Virus record (IMG/VR): IMGVR_UViG_3300027739_000008
Length of the DNA stretch: 64,000 nt
Direction: 5' to 3' (one strand)
DNA from: an uncultured virus (IMG/VR IMGVR_UViG_3300027739_000008)
Taxonomy: Duplodnaviria > Heunggongvirae > Uroviricota > Caudoviricetes
The translations under genes were made by a program, and so were the position numbers. Positions 34,040 to 44,452 of the stretch are shown piece by piece. Below the pieces are notes generated by a model. That model was not told the origin of the DNA. It searched no databases and saw only the letters and a list, made by a program, of their open reading frames with translations. Each line of letters starts with the position of its first letter. Position 1 is the first letter of the stretch.

Positions 34040-34623
34040 GTATACCCCGGGTAGAAAATGCCTTTCGCGGCTGGACCAAGCGCCGCGAGGTGTGGATCAT
34101 AACGAAAACGGTCGAAAACTTCCTGACCCGGCAAACGGCGGAAATTGTGACAATGGACATCATGGTCGCTCCGCTCAAGCCGGAAGAAGTTCGACGTCTC
34201 CCGGAAGACCAGCGGGCGTGGAAATGGTTCGACGTATTGGTAAAAGCGTCCTCTCGGCCGCTCACGGTTGACTGCCAGATAGTCGTGGACGGTATCGTCT
34301 ACCTCATCGACTCGATCCAAAATTGGAAGGAAGCCGGATACCGGCGCTACCTCGCGACGGAAAACGTCACGGGCGTGAAAACCATGTATCCCGTCACGTA
34401 TTTAGGGAACGGGAACACGGGGGGCAATCCTCCCGGAAAGTTCGCGTACATGACCGGGGGGATCGCTACGATAGCGGCCAACACCATGACGCGTGACGGA
34501 TTCGCGTTCGTCGAGTGGAATACCGTGGCCGATGGAACGGGGTCGGGGTACGATCCCGCTGATACGTTGACGATGGGCTCGGCGGCGGTTACACTGTACG
34601 CGATATGGGAGGCGGTGGGGTGA
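34036..34623 (+). CDS. Head-closure-like protein fused to C-terminal InlB B-repeat (Flg_new) domain
   Basis: C-terminal VTY.GNG..GG..P...TRDGFAF.EWNT.ADGTG..Y...TLYAIW. Confidence 0.7.
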   Translation: MSIPRVENAFRGWTKRREVWIITKTVENFLTRQTAEIVTMDIMVAPLKPEEVRRLPEDQRAWKWFDVLVKASSRPLTVDCQIVVDGIVYLIDSIQNWKEAGYRRYLATENVTGVKTMYPVTYLGNGNTGGNPPGKFAYMTGGIATIAANTMTRDGFAFVEWNTVADGTGSGYDPADTLTMGSAAVTLYAIWEAVG

Positions 34624-34793
34624 TCGAATGGATAAGCGTAAAAGATAAACTACCGGAAGAAGGGAAAGATGTTCTTTGCGTTGATAGCAAGGGCGCATTC
34701 ATTGGTTGTTATCGTGAAGGCGTTTGGTATGATATAGATAGTTGTGGTTTACGCCCAACTCACTGGATGCCGTTGCCGGAGACACCCAAATGA
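34620..34793 (+). CDS. DUF551 family protein
   Basis: WISVKDKLPE...VL...THWMPLPE.P. Confidence 0.8.
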   Translation: MIEWISVKDKLPEEGKDVLCVDSKGAFIGCYREGVWYDIDSCGLRPTHWMPLPETPK

Positions 34794-35290
34794 CCATCAC
34801 CCAATGCGGACAGCTTCTCGGCACGATCCTCGCGGCCTATACCGGAATAAATCCCGCGCGTATCATCCTGAAAAACGAAAAGTACGACGCCCCGAAAGAC
34901 GGCACCCCCTATATCCTGATCGACTATGACGGCATGGCGGGCATGGTAGGTATCGTGTCGAAAAAGAACTATTCAACCAATATGGAAACCATGTCGATGT
35001 CCGCGCACGAGCGTTTTGCTGTGGAACTCTGCGGGTTCGGGCAGGAAGCGACCGACCGGAAGAATGAAATACCGATGGCCTTGCGCTCTTCCATCGCTAT
35101 CAGGGCGGCGGAAGATGCCAACTGCGCTATTTACGTTGCCGGCCCGACGCTTGACCTTTCCAGTATCGAAGGAAGCTCCGCCTTGCGCCGTTACCGAATA
35201 CCGGTTATTATGAGTAATCTTGATACTAAGACCTTGGCGGAAACGATGATCGACAAATTCGTGACGCCTACAATCGAAACGGAGGCCTAA
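34790..35290 (+). CDS. Tail terminator-like protein
   Basis: Position directly before sheath; ATGA overlap. Confidence 0.6.
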   Translation: MTITQCGQLLGTILAAYTGINPARIILKNEKYDAPKDGTPYILIDYDGMAGMVGIVSKKNYSTNMETMSMSAHERFAVELCGFGQEATDRKNEIPMALRSSIAIRAAEDANCAIYVAGPTLDLSSIEGSSALRRYRIPVIMSNLDTKTLAETMIDKFVTPTIETEA

Positions 35291-35292
35291 AC

Positions 35293-36765
35293 ATGGCGGG
35301 AAAGCTCAGTATTTCCAATTTTATCCAAGTGACGCTCTTGGCGGCACTGCGCGGGCTCGCGGATGTGAACACCTCCGCGCTCGCGTTTTTCGCGGACGAG
35401 GTCCCGATCCCGTCGAATTACGGTGACTACGGGATTTATACCGGGCCCGATGGAGTGGCCGACGACTTCGGCGCAAGCTCGGACGCGTACCGTATCGCGG
35501 TATCGGTGTTCAGCCAGTCGCCGAACATTATGAGCGCGGGCGGATCCCTCGTTATCATTCCCCGGCTTGCCGCGGCCACTGCAAGTGCGGCAACCATCTT
35601 GGGAACCGGCCCGGTCGACCTGACGGCGTTAAAAGCGACCGACTATAAAATCAGTCTGGCAATCGACGGCGGAGCCGATGCGGACATTACCATCGGGGCA
35701 ATCGACTCAACTTCCCTGCTCACGGCGACCGCTTCGCTCAATCCCTACGCGCTCGAAACGGCCGGGGCGATTATTGAAGTGACCGGCGAGCTCACGGCGG
35801 CGCTGATTACCCTGAAATCCGATACCGCCGGTGCAACGTCCGCCCTGACCGTCGGCTCGGCGGCCGCGACCGATATCGCTCCCAGCTTAAAATTGGCCGG
35901 GTCCGCGACAGGTGCGGCGACGGGAACCGAACGGCTCAAGGACGCAGTCCTCCGGGCTTCGGCGCTCGTGCCGTTCTTTGGGATTATCTCGACCGACAAG
36001 CCTGCCGATGCGCTCTTTTTGGAGACCGCGAAAACCATACAGACGATGGATAAACTATGGATCGTCGGTTCTCCGACCGTAGCAGATATCAAAGGCGTGT
36101 TTACCACGATTCTGAATGCAGGACTCACGCATACCCGGTGCCTGTTTTATTCCTCGTCCGCTGATGACGCGTTTGATTTTGCGGCGGGTTACGCGGGGCG
36201 GGGACTTTCGATTGACTTCTCGGGATTCAATACGGCGCACACGATGCACGGCAAGGAAATCGTCGGCATGGTTGCCGATCCCGGCATGACGCAGACCGTA
36301 CTTACCGACTGCAAGAATGCCGGCGTTGATTTCTACGGTGACTTTGGCGTTCCGAAAGTCTTTGCCTCCGGGGCGAATCAGTTTTTTGATCAGATTTATT
36401 CCCGCCTTGCGTTCAAGCTCCGGCTGACCATCGCGGGATTCAATTTCCTGACCACGACCAACACCAAGATCCCGCAGACCGAGGAAGGGATGAACGGGCT
36501 GAAAGGCGCATATCGTAAGGTTTGCCAGCAGTTTGTCCAGGCGGGTGTTTTCGCTCCCGGAACGTGGAATTCCTCGACGACCTTTGGAAAACCCGAAGAT
36601 CATATCAGGAATATCGCCGGTTTTGGTTATTACATCTATTCCATGCCGATTTCCCTGCAGTCGGCAATCGATCGCGCGGCCCGCAAGGCTCCTGCGACGT
36701 ACATTGCCTGTAAGGACTCGGGTGCGATCCACTCGGCCGATGTCTCGGTGATGGTAGAGGCGTAA
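35293..36765 (+). CDS. Tail sheath protein (DUF3383-like)
   Basis: 490 aa; FSQSP, IDF.G.N, KIPQT.EG, G..APG.W, GYY, R.ARK, GAIH. Confidence 0.9.
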   Translation: MAGKLSISNFIQVTLLAALRGLADVNTSALAFFADEVPIPSNYGDYGIYTGPDGVADDFGASSDAYRIAVSVFSQSPNIMSAGGSLVIIPRLAAATASAATILGTGPVDLTALKATDYKISLAIDGGADADITIGAIDSTSLLTATASLNPYALETAGAIIEVTGELTAALITLKSDTAGATSALTVGSAAATDIAPSLKLAGSATGAATGTERLKDAVLRASALVPFFGIISTDKPADALFLETAKTIQTMDKLWIVGSPTVADIKGVFTTILNAGLTHTRCLFYSSSADDAFDFAAGYAGRGLSIDFSGFNTAHTMHGKEIVGMVADPGMTQTVLTDCKNAGVDFYGDFGVPKVFASGANQFFDQIYSRLAFKLRLTIAGFNFLTTTNTKIPQTEEGMNGLKGAYRKVCQQFVQAGVFAPGTWNSSTTFGKPEDHIRNIAGFGYYIYSMPISLQSAIDRAARKAPATYIACKDSGAIHSADVSVMVEA

Positions 36766-36815
36766 AACAGAGCTCGCCGCAAGGCGGGCTTATCTTTAAC
36801 TTAAGAAGGTAATAC

Positions 36816-37268
36816 ATGAGCGTAGCACTTACCGGAAAAGATACGACCATTCTTGACACCCGAATGCTTACCGATTTTGGCACAGGGGACGTCGTCAATA
36901 TCGAAGCCCCGAACAATCTGGTCGAGCTTAAGCAGGGAAAAAACGGGAATGCGGTTTATGCCTACAATGCTTCGGGAAAGCAGGTAAACGTCACGGTCCG
37001 CGTAATTCGCGGGTCCGGAGACGACAAGTATCTTGCGTCCAGGATGCAGGAATATATCAACGACCCCGCGGGCTTTATCCTCATTTCGGGCGAGTTTATC
37101 AAACGGTCGGGCGATGGCGCCGGAAACATCACGAACGAGGTTTACCCCCTTTCTGGCGGTGTTATCCAGAAATTGTCGGGCGGAAAAGAAAACGTCGAGG
37201 GAGATACCGAACAGGCGATTTCTATTTACGTTATCGTCTTTGCGAATGCCGACCGGGTCTTGGGGTAA
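36816..37268 (+). CDS. Tail tube protein
   Basis: 150 aa following sheath; G.GD, GKNG, N.SG. Confidence 0.75.
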   Translation: MSVALTGKDTTILDTRMLTDFGTGDVVNIEAPNNLVELKQGKNGNAVYAYNASGKQVNVTVRVIRGSGDDKYLASRMQEYINDPAGFILISGEFIKRSGDGAGNITNEVYPLSGGVIQKLSGGKENVEGDTEQAISIYVIVFANADRVLG

Positions 37269-37271
37269 GAT

Positions 37272-37733
37272 ATGAAAATTTCAGGAGTGGAAATTCATAT
37301 CGAGCTCGCGGAATTCAGGGACGCCCTTGCGCTGCAGAAAGCACTAGGGCGATCTTTGAAGGGACAAAAACTCGACCTTGCGGGGGTGTCCTCCGACGTT
37401 ATCAAAAAAGACGATTCCGGGAACATCGACGTTTCATCGGTTGATCTTTCCGGGGCAGGAGGGATCGCGACAACGATTCTAAATTTGCTTTTAGGGCCCG
37501 TTTGCTCGGATGAAGTAGAATCGGCGGCTTTGGCGTGCGCAAAAAAATGCTACGTCGAATCGACGCGCGACCCGATCAATATGGACTTTTTTGACAAGCC
37601 AGAGAATCGTGAACTCTATTACCCGATAATGGTCGAGGTAATAAAGGCAAATTGCGGCCCTTTTATCAAAGGCCTCGTTTCGTCGTTCGGGGACCTCGGG
37701 GCGATTCTCGGAAAAGGCCTGACACGGAAATAA
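37272..37733 (+). CDS. Tail assembly chaperone
   Basis: Between tube and tape measure. Confidence 0.65.
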   Translation: MKISGVEIHIELAEFRDALALQKALGRSLKGQKLDLAGVSSDVIKKDDSGNIDVSSVDLSGAGGIATTILNLLLGPVCSDEVESAALACAKKCYVESTRDPINMDFFDKPENRELYYPIMVEVIKANCGPFIKGLVSSFGDLGAILGKGLTRK

Positions 37734-37906
37734 ACGTTGACGACGTGGAGCTTATCGCCTTGCGACTTGCGAAGGCGGGATATTATGGCGGAGATCCAGG
37801 AGCCATAAAACGCGCCCCGGTTGACGACGTCTTAAATGTTCTTTCATATGACGTTTTCTTGAGTGAATATGATAGCGTCGAATATGAAATAAACAAAAAA
37901 GAATAG
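37700..37906 (+). CDS. Probable -1 frameshift extension of tail assembly chaperone
   Basis: Open -1 frame overlapping chaperone 3' end, no good independent start. Confidence 0.45.
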   Translation, partial: GDSRKRPDTEINVDDVELIALRLAKAGYYGGDPGAIKRAPVDDVLNVLSYDVFLSEYDSVEYEINKKE

Positions 37907-37997
37907 AAGGGTTTTCGGACCCGGCTCGGCGCGGGGTGCTAACCACTCCTACCCGCGCCGGGTTTTTTGTGTTACAATGGAGGCGCGGGGAGGTATT

Positions 37998-39422
37998 ATG
38001 AATATCCTTGAACTTTTTGCGCATATAGGATTGAAGGCCGACACCGGCCCCGCCGAAGCGTTCGGGAAAGGAATAAACGGTATCAAGGGGGCAATCGTCG
38101 GCGCGGTCGCGGGTACGCTTTCCCTATCGGCTGCCGTCAAGGCCGTCAATGATCAATTCAATCAATCCCTAACCATGCAGAAATTCGCCGATGACACCGG
38201 CCAGTCAGTCGAGGAAATGCAGAAATGGAAAGCCGTCGCGCAGCAAGTCTCCGGAGCCGGGGCAACGGTCGCCGAAAGCATACGGGCGATATCCTCCAAT
38301 CAAGCAAAAATACGGCTCGGGCAGGGCAATATCTCGGGATATCAACTTCTCGGGATAGATTCGCGTTCCGACCCGTTCAAGGTGCTGGAAGCGATACGGA
38401 CGAAAACTCAAGGGCTTTCTCAATCCATGCGCCGGAATATTGCGGGGCAGTTTGGTATCTCCAATGACCTCGTAAAAACGCTTGAGCTCACAAATGAGGA
38501 ATTCGACAAGATGGCAGCGAAGGCTTTCGTCATTCCTTCGGAAAATATCGACGCAATGAATAAAGCTAGAGGTTCGCTCGAAACGGTTAAAAACGCCGTA
38601 AACTTTTTGACGGCCAAATTTGTCACGGCATTGGCACCATCAATCAAGTTGGTTTCGGATAAGATCGCGGAGTTTGTGCGAAATTACGGAGCAAGTCTTT
38701 CCCGTTGGATTCAGCAAATAACACAAACGATAACGCGCGTTCTCGGCCTTATCGATCAGACAATAAAAAGTACCGTTGGATGGAAGACCGTGTTAATAGC
38801 TTTGGCAGCAGTTTTTTTCATGCTAAATTCTGCGATCATGTTGCCAGTTGCCGCTATAGCACTTCTTTTTATTGCACTTGAAGATATCGCGGCCTATTCT
38901 CGCGGAGAGGATAGCTTGGTTGGAAGATTTTTGAAAGGAATGCCGGAATTCAAAAAAGTTTTTGACGATTTACTTGAGATAGTACAATTACTCATAACGG
39001 CCATAGGCTCGGTTTTCTCCGGAGATTTTTCAAAGCTCGACGAAATGACCCGCAAATGGGGACTTTTCGGAGACATTTTGACCGTAATCGCGCACGCACT
39101 TGAAATTATAAATCGAGGCCTTTCGATGGAAGATTTCAACGCAAGTATGAAGGGAATTAAAGAAAAAGGATTTTTTCAGGAATACGGCGAGCAATGGGGA
39201 AACCTTTGGGAACAGGTAAAAAACACCGATTGGACAGGAAATAAAGCTACAGCCGCGGCCGAACAATCGTCCGGATCCGTAACAAGCGTAACGACCAGCG
39301 CGGTAATTACCGTTCAGGGCGCGACCGACCCGGCGGCAACAGGACAAGCCGTTTCCGATTATATCAGGCGCGAGCAACAGAAGGCCTATGATATGAGCGC
39401 CAAGAGGAAGGCCGAAAAATGA
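37998..39422 (+). CDS. Tape measure protein
   Basis: GGAGG RBS; long helical Ala-rich protein with TM segments; position. Confidence 0.8.
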   Translation: MNILELFAHIGLKADTGPAEAFGKGINGIKGAIVGAVAGTLSLSAAVKAVNDQFNQSLTMQKFADDTGQSVEEMQKWKAVAQQVSGAGATVAESIRAISSNQAKIRLGQGNISGYQLLGIDSRSDPFKVLEAIRTKTQGLSQSMRRNIAGQFGISNDLVKTLELTNEEFDKMAAKAFVIPSENIDAMNKARGSLETVKNAVNFLTAKFVTALAPSIKLVSDKIAEFVRNYGASLSRWIQQITQTITRVLGLIDQTIKSTVGWKTVLIALAAVFFMLNSAIMLPVAAIALLFIALEDIAAYSRGEDSLVGRFLKGMPEFKKVFDDLLEIVQLLITAIGSVFSGDFSKLDEMTRKWGLFGDILTVIAHALEIINRGLSMEDFNASMKGIKEKGFFQEYGEQWGNLWEQVKNTDWTGNKATAAAEQSSGSVTSVTTSAVITVQGATDPAATGQAVSDYIRREQQKAYDMSAKRKAEK

Positions 39423-40252
39423 GTTTTTCACTAATCAAGCAGAAAGAAAAAACCGACGTCAATCTTTCTTCGGAGGCAAAGGATTACCTGGACGAAAAAT
39501 CGCAGGCTATTCTTATGGTTTCCGGAAGGAAAGGCATCTCGGGATGGGTTTTCGATATCCCGACTGGCGAAACATTGACGTCAAAAACGAGTATATCAAA
39601 GCACTATACTGAAAATGGATCGGTAATAAGCGATCACGCGATAAACGAGCCCGACGAAATAACATTAACCGGATTTGTCGGCGAACTGGTTTACCGAAAG
39701 CCGCAAGGGATCGAGGGCGCGCTTGCAGAGGCAACTTCCAGACTTTCAACCGTCAATGCGTACCTTGGGCCGTTTACACAAGGATATACCCAAAAGGCCG
39801 CACAGGTTGCCCAGCAGGCGGCCTACGTCGCGAACCAAGCTGCGGCGATCGCAAAGCGCGCTTCAAACGTAATCGATTTTTTCAAGGGAGAGGAAGCAAC
39901 ATTAACCAAACAGCAGAAGGCTTATTTTGAGATTATGGCCCTGCAAAAAACGCATCAAAGGGTGTATGTTTTAACGCCATGGAATTTTCATCGACGCTTT
40001 CTTATTTCCCAGGTAGTTGCCCGACAAGATGAGTCGTCAAATGATTTTACCGATTTTTCCGTCACGCTACAGGAAATGAGGTTTACCGACGTTGAAACAA
40101 CTACTTTCGACGAAGGAAACTACAAATCAGCGATCGCGGCGCAAAACGCAGAGAAAGAAGAACTCGGGAAGGTTGCGGGAAAAGACGGAAAAAAATTTAA
40201 CACAACGGCTTTGGCTTTGGCCGACGCCGGGGGAGTATTACCTCCGAAATGA
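39419..40252 (+). CDS. Tail tube initiator / Dit-like baseplate protein
   Basis: ISKHYTENGS.ISDHA..EP.EITLTG motif. Confidence 0.75.
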   Translation: MSFSLIKQKEKTDVNLSSEAKDYLDEKSQAILMVSGRKGISGWVFDIPTGETLTSKTSISKHYTENGSVISDHAINEPDEITLTGFVGELVYRKPQGIEGALAEATSRLSTVNAYLGPFTQGYTQKAAQVAQQAAYVANQAAAIAKRASNVIDFFKGEEATLTKQQKAYFEIMALQKTHQRVYVLTPWNFHRRFLISQVVARQDESSNDFTDFSVTLQEMRFTDVETTTFDEGNYKSAIAAQNAEKEELGKVAGKDGKKFNTTALALADAGGVLPPK

Positions 40253-40605
40253 CACAAATAACAGGACTTCGGTCTTCTCCGTTTCAAAGTTTTAATATCC
40301 CCGACCCCGACAAACGCAAAACGGTTTATTTCACGCTGCGATTCTCTCCGCGGACGCAATCCTGGTATATAGACATTGAATACGAGGGATTTATTGCCAA
40401 CGGGATAAAAGTCGTCCGCGGAATGAACATTTTGAAACGGAACATCAACACCCTACCCTTCGGTCTTATGGTAACGGTTTCCGACAACCTCGAGCCGTTT
40501 TTAATCAACGATTTCGTGTCTGGTCGCGTTTCGGTTTATATACTTTCGCAGTCGGAATGTGTTGATATAGAAAATATAATTATCGAAGGGTATACGGTCC
40601 CGTGA
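40249..40605 (+). CDS. Baseplate protein (unit B)
   Basis: Homolog of 217-573. Confidence 0.65.
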   Translation: MTQITGLRSSPFQSFNIPDPDKRKTVYFTLRFSPRTQSWYIDIEYEGFIANGIKVVRGMNILKRNINTLPFGLMVTVSDNLEPFLINDFVSGRVSVYILSQSECVDIENIIIEGYTVP

Positions 40606-41465
40606 AATTCATACGCAATTATGAAATAAGAATTACCACCCCAAGCGGCTACGCGATAACCATAGCGCCGCCGATTACTTGCTCCCTCGAGGTCGAACAG
40701 TCTGTAAAAGGATCTTCCCTTTCAAATTCGTCTGTCACGATTACAAACCTGGCGCCAAACACCCGCGCGCGACTCGGAAAAGACAAGTTTACGCCGGTCG
40801 ACTATTGGCAAATTATTATCCTTGCAGGGTATGGGAACGCCTTGATCGAGATTTTTCGAGGGAATATCCAAGAGGGTTATTCTTACAAACAGGGTACCGA
40901 ATGGATTACCAAACTAGAATGCTATGACGGTGCCTACCAGGTGCAAAACGGGTTTATGTCAGAAACGTTTACAAAAGACATGAACCTTAAAGACATGATT
41001 TCCCGCAGCGTAAAAAGTATGCCGCAGCTTTTATCGGGGGTTCTTGGGAGCCCTGCAGAGAAAGCATCGCCCGCTCGCGGTAGGGTGGTAATAGGAAACC
41101 CTTACGACGAAATACAAAAAATGAGCGACGGACAGGCGTTTATTTCAGGTGAAAAACTCTATGTTTTGGCCGATAATGAAGTCATGCCCGGGGAGGTTTT
41201 TGTTCTTTCGGCCGAGGACAATAAAACGACGCCGAAAAGGCGTGACGGATACCTCGAGGTTGAAAGGATTTTTTCGCCAGAATTGAAAGTAGGCCGGGTT
41301 GCCGAGGTCCGGTCAATGGTCGAGAAATATAACGGACAATATAAAATATTTGGGGTAAAGCATTCGGCCGTTTTCTCGCAGGTCGAAGCCGGAGACGCGA
41401 CCACGACGGTATCCCTTTTTATTGGAAGTGAGCCGCTTTTGGAGATTAAAGGGGAAGAAAATTGA
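40602..41465 (+). CDS. Baseplate hub protein (unit B)
   Basis: Homolog of 570-1433. Confidence 0.7.
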   Translation: MKFIRNYEIRITTPSGYAITIAPPITCSLEVEQSVKGSSLSNSSVTITNLAPNTRARLGKDKFTPVDYWQIIILAGYGNALIEIFRGNIQEGYSYKQGTEWITKLECYDGAYQVQNGFMSETFTKDMNLKDMISRSVKSMPQLLSGVLGSPAEKASPARGRVVIGNPYDEIQKMSDGQAFISGEKLYVLADNEVMPGEVFVLSAEDNKTTPKRRDGYLEVERIFSPELKVGRVAEVRSMVEKYNGQYKIFGVKHSAVFSQVEAGDATTTVSLFIGSEPLLEIKGEEN

Positions 41466-42103
41466 AAGCAGAACAAATACTTCCTGCGGATACGCGGGCG
41501 GTCCTCGACGCACAAAAGTCCGATATTTTTTCCACCTTTCATTGCATTCAAATTGGAAAAATCGAGAAAGTAACCAAAGCCGAGCAAACCGTCGAAGTAA
41601 CACTGCAGATACGCCGTCCGGCACAGGACGGCACGAGCGCGGCAATTCCTCTTTTGGTTGACGTTCCCTATTTCGTGCTGCAGGGTGGGAAATCCTATAT
41701 CGATATGCCAATCGCCGTCGGAGATTATTGTATCGTTCTTTTCAACGACCGGGATATTGATACTTGGTGGAGTACGGCTAACCAGACCGACCCCGCGTCC
41801 TCGAGGAAACACGATCTTTCCGACGGGATTGCCATTGTCGGGATCAACCCGAAGACGTCAGTCCGGGATATGGACGGGACGAAAACCCGGGTAATCAACC
41901 CTGACGGACTTGAATTAAACGGGAATTCGAAAGCCTTTGTTACTCACGCGGAGCTAGATTTGGCTTTGCAGACGTTTAAAACAGACCTGAATTTGCACGT
42001 TCATACCAGCGCGGTATCAGGAAGTCCGACAAGTCCTCCGACAGCACCAATGAGCATCGACATTTCCGAGGCAAAAACTACAACTGTAAAGACGGGGGGA
42101 TAA
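41462..42103 (+). CDS. Baseplate spike (unit B)
   Basis: Homolog of 1430-2071. Confidence 0.85.
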   Translation: MKAEQILPADTRAVLDAQKSDIFSTFHCIQIGKIEKVTKAEQTVEVTLQIRRPAQDGTSAAIPLLVDVPYFVLQGGKSYIDMPIAVGDYCIVLFNDRDIDTWWSTANQTDPASSRKHDLSDGIAIVGINPKTSVRDMDGTKTRVINPDGLELNGNSKAFVTHAELDLALQTFKTDLNLHVHTSAVSGSPTSPPTAPMSIDISEAKTTTVKTGG

Positions 42104-42104
42104 T

Positions 42105-42452
42105 ATGAAAACGCGCGCGCTTGATATCAATGGGGATTGGCAATTCGGTCGCGGGTTGCAATCTTACGTCACCGAAAAAAACGCATTGAAACAGAATATT
42201 GCAACCCGACTAAAATCATGGAAAAACGACTGCTTTTTCGCAATGGACGACGGGGTTGACTGGCAAAATTTTCTTGATATAGGAATGAAGCAATACCTCG
42301 ACATTGACATAAAAAGAGTCATTTTGCAAACCGAGGGCGTCTTGCGGATTTCGTCCTATACGAGTACACTAGATACAGAAAACAGGGCGGCAACCATCAG
42401 CGTAACTATTGGAACTGTTTTTGGACTGGTAACCATCGAGGAGGTTGTATGA
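42105..42452 (+). CDS. Baseplate wedge subunit (unit B)
   Basis: Homolog of 2073-2420. Confidence 0.7.
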   Translation: MKTRALDINGDWQFGRGLQSYVTEKNALKQNIATRLKSWKNDCFFAMDDGVDWQNFLDIGMKQYLDIDIKRVILQTEGVLRISSYTSTLDTENRAATISVTIGTVFGLVTIEEVV

Positions 42453-43255
42453 TTTTCGACGAGCTCCAAAAAGACACGATGGAAATGAAAACCACGCTTG
42501 GTAAGAGCGTCATGGCCGTCGCCGCGCCGAATGAGGAGCCGCTCAATACGCTCGCACAGGATGACGTTTCTTTCGCCGTTATGCCGTATTTGACGCGCGA
42601 GATTTCCGCGTCTTCGTTTGCCTCGGCGGGCGTGGTCGATACCAATACCGTCACTCTCGCGACCGGACACGGGGTTCTGGTCGGTGATTCCGTTGTCGTG
42701 AAGGGTCTCTATATTGGCCGCGCGCTAGTGGTCGCCGGGGACGTAATAACGCTCAATCAGCGTTTCAATCTCACATTCCCCATTGGGACGGTGTGCTATC
42801 GCGGGTCGCCGAACATGGTGGTTGACGGGTCGTCAACTCCGGTCTTTTTCGGGCTCGAGGCCGCGCCGGGAATCAAATTCGACGTGTACAAGATGCGCCT
42901 TGCTTTCCGCGGAACGGCAGAGCCTGACGATGCGAAATTCGCCATGCTTGCAGCGGCGCTGACCAAGGGCCTTCTTGTCCGGGCGAAAATCTCGGCGACT
43001 CGGTACAATAACTATTTCAACGCCCGGAGCAATTCGGAATTCCATCTTCGCGGGACGCTTTCCTACAACGCGAAGGCCCCGGCCGGGAGTTTCGGCATGG
43101 TATTCGAGTTTCCCTTGAAAGACGACAATGGCGTCGCGCTTCGCATCGACGGAACGGCGGGGACCAGGCTCGAGGTTATTGTACAGGATAAACTCGACGG
43201 CGCGACGCTTTCCTACATGGAAGGCATCGTGTCCGGTCATGTGGTGGAGGACTAA
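42449..43255 (+). CDS. Variable virion-associated protein (unit B allele)
   Basis: 268 aa; shares only MIFDELQKDTME with unit A gene. Confidence 0.6.
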   Translation: MIFDELQKDTMEMKTTLGKSVMAVAAPNEEPLNTLAQDDVSFAVMPYLTREISASSFASAGVVDTNTVTLATGHGVLVGDSVVVKGLYIGRALVVAGDVITLNQRFNLTFPIGTVCYRGSPNMVVDGSSTPVFFGLEAAPGIKFDVYKMRLAFRGTAEPDDAKFAMLAAALTKGLLVRAKISATRYNNYFNARSNSEFHLRGTLSYNAKAPAGSFGMVFEFPLKDDNGVALRIDGTAGTRLEVIVQDKLDGATLSYMEGIVSGHVVED

Positions 43256-44439
43256 TGAGCGATATTCTTGACCAGAACGGACTAACATTAAAAACACTCC
43301 CGGAATTGACGACGGAGCTTTCTGACGGATTAAAAAGTATTTACGGCGACGACATATCGGTCGAGTCGGATTCCCCTGACGGTCAGTTGATCGGCCTAGT
43401 CGCCCAGGCAGGAATCGACCTCCGCGAGGTGCTTCGTGACGTGCATTCCTCTTTTGATCCCGAGCAGGCCCAAGGAACGATCCTTGACCAGCGCGTCGCG
43501 ATCAACGGGATTCAGCGCCGCGGCGCAACCTTTACTATAACGCCGATCAATATAACGGTTGATAGAACGGTAACGCTTACCGGACTAGATTCTCTTTCCG
43601 ATTCGATTGAAATTCCCTCGGGAGTGTACACGGTAAAGGACGACGCGGGAACACAGTTTGTTTTGCTCGCGTCAACGACGATCGCCGAGGGAACCCATTC
43701 TCTTTCTTTCCGAGCGAAAGATATCGGGGCGGTACTGGTCGCAGTCAACACGATAACGACACCAGCGACCGCAATCGCCGGCGTGACGGCGATTGGAAAT
43801 ACTGCGGGAGTAACGACTCAGGGAGTCGATGAAGAATCGGACGCAGCTTTGCGAATCAGGCGCGAGAAATCAATCGCCGGTCCTTCTATGGGATATACCG
43901 ATTCCATTGAGTCGGCGATCTCTGCTTTGGATGGAGTATCCGCTTGCAACGTCGAAGAAAACACGACGGGAGCAACGGACGCGGACGGGATCCCCGCTCA
44001 TTCGATTTGGGTTGTCGTAGAGAATGGCGATGAGGACGAAATCGCCGCGGCTATTTATGCAAAACGATCCGTCGGATGCGGGACCTACGGATCCATAACA
44101 AAAACAGTAACACGAACAAACGGCCGCACCGTGCAGGTCAAATTTGACCGACCGATAAACGTCCCTTTGTATATTCGGTTTACTATTTCAGTCCCTTCGG
44201 GCGGATTGATCGACGCGGGTTATCTGAAAGCGCAGCTGGTCGAGAATATCACCTACTTGATTGGCGAGGACGCAACATCGGACGAAATCGTTTGTTTTCT
44301 AAAACAAATGAGTCCTTTGTATCGCATAACCCTTGCGGGAATTTCCTTGAATGGGTCGACGTGGGTTGAGCTATTAAACGCGACAACGATCCAAAGCAAG
44401 TTTGTTTTGGACGTATCACGCATAACGATAACGGTATAG
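43255..44439 (+). CDS. Baseplate J-like protein (unit B)
   Basis: Homolog of 3022-4206. Confidence 0.9.
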   Translation: MSDILDQNGLTLKTLPELTTELSDGLKSIYGDDISVESDSPDGQLIGLVAQAGIDLREVLRDVHSSFDPEQAQGTILDQRVAINGIQRRGATFTITPINITVDRTVTLTGLDSLSDSIEIPSGVYTVKDDAGTQFVLLASTTIAEGTHSLSFRAKDIGAVLVAVNTITTPATAIAGVTAIGNTAGVTTQGVDEESDAALRIRREKSIAGPSMGYTDSIESAISALDGVSACNVEENTTGATDADGIPAHSIWVVVENGDEDEIAAAIYAKRSVGCGTYGSITKTVTRTNGRTVQVKFDRPINVPLYIRFTISVPSGGLIDAGYLKAQLVENITYLIGEDATSDEIVCFLKQMSPLYRITLAGISLNGSTWVELLNATTIQSKFVLDVSRITITV

Positions 44440-44452
44440 GGCGGTTGACTAA

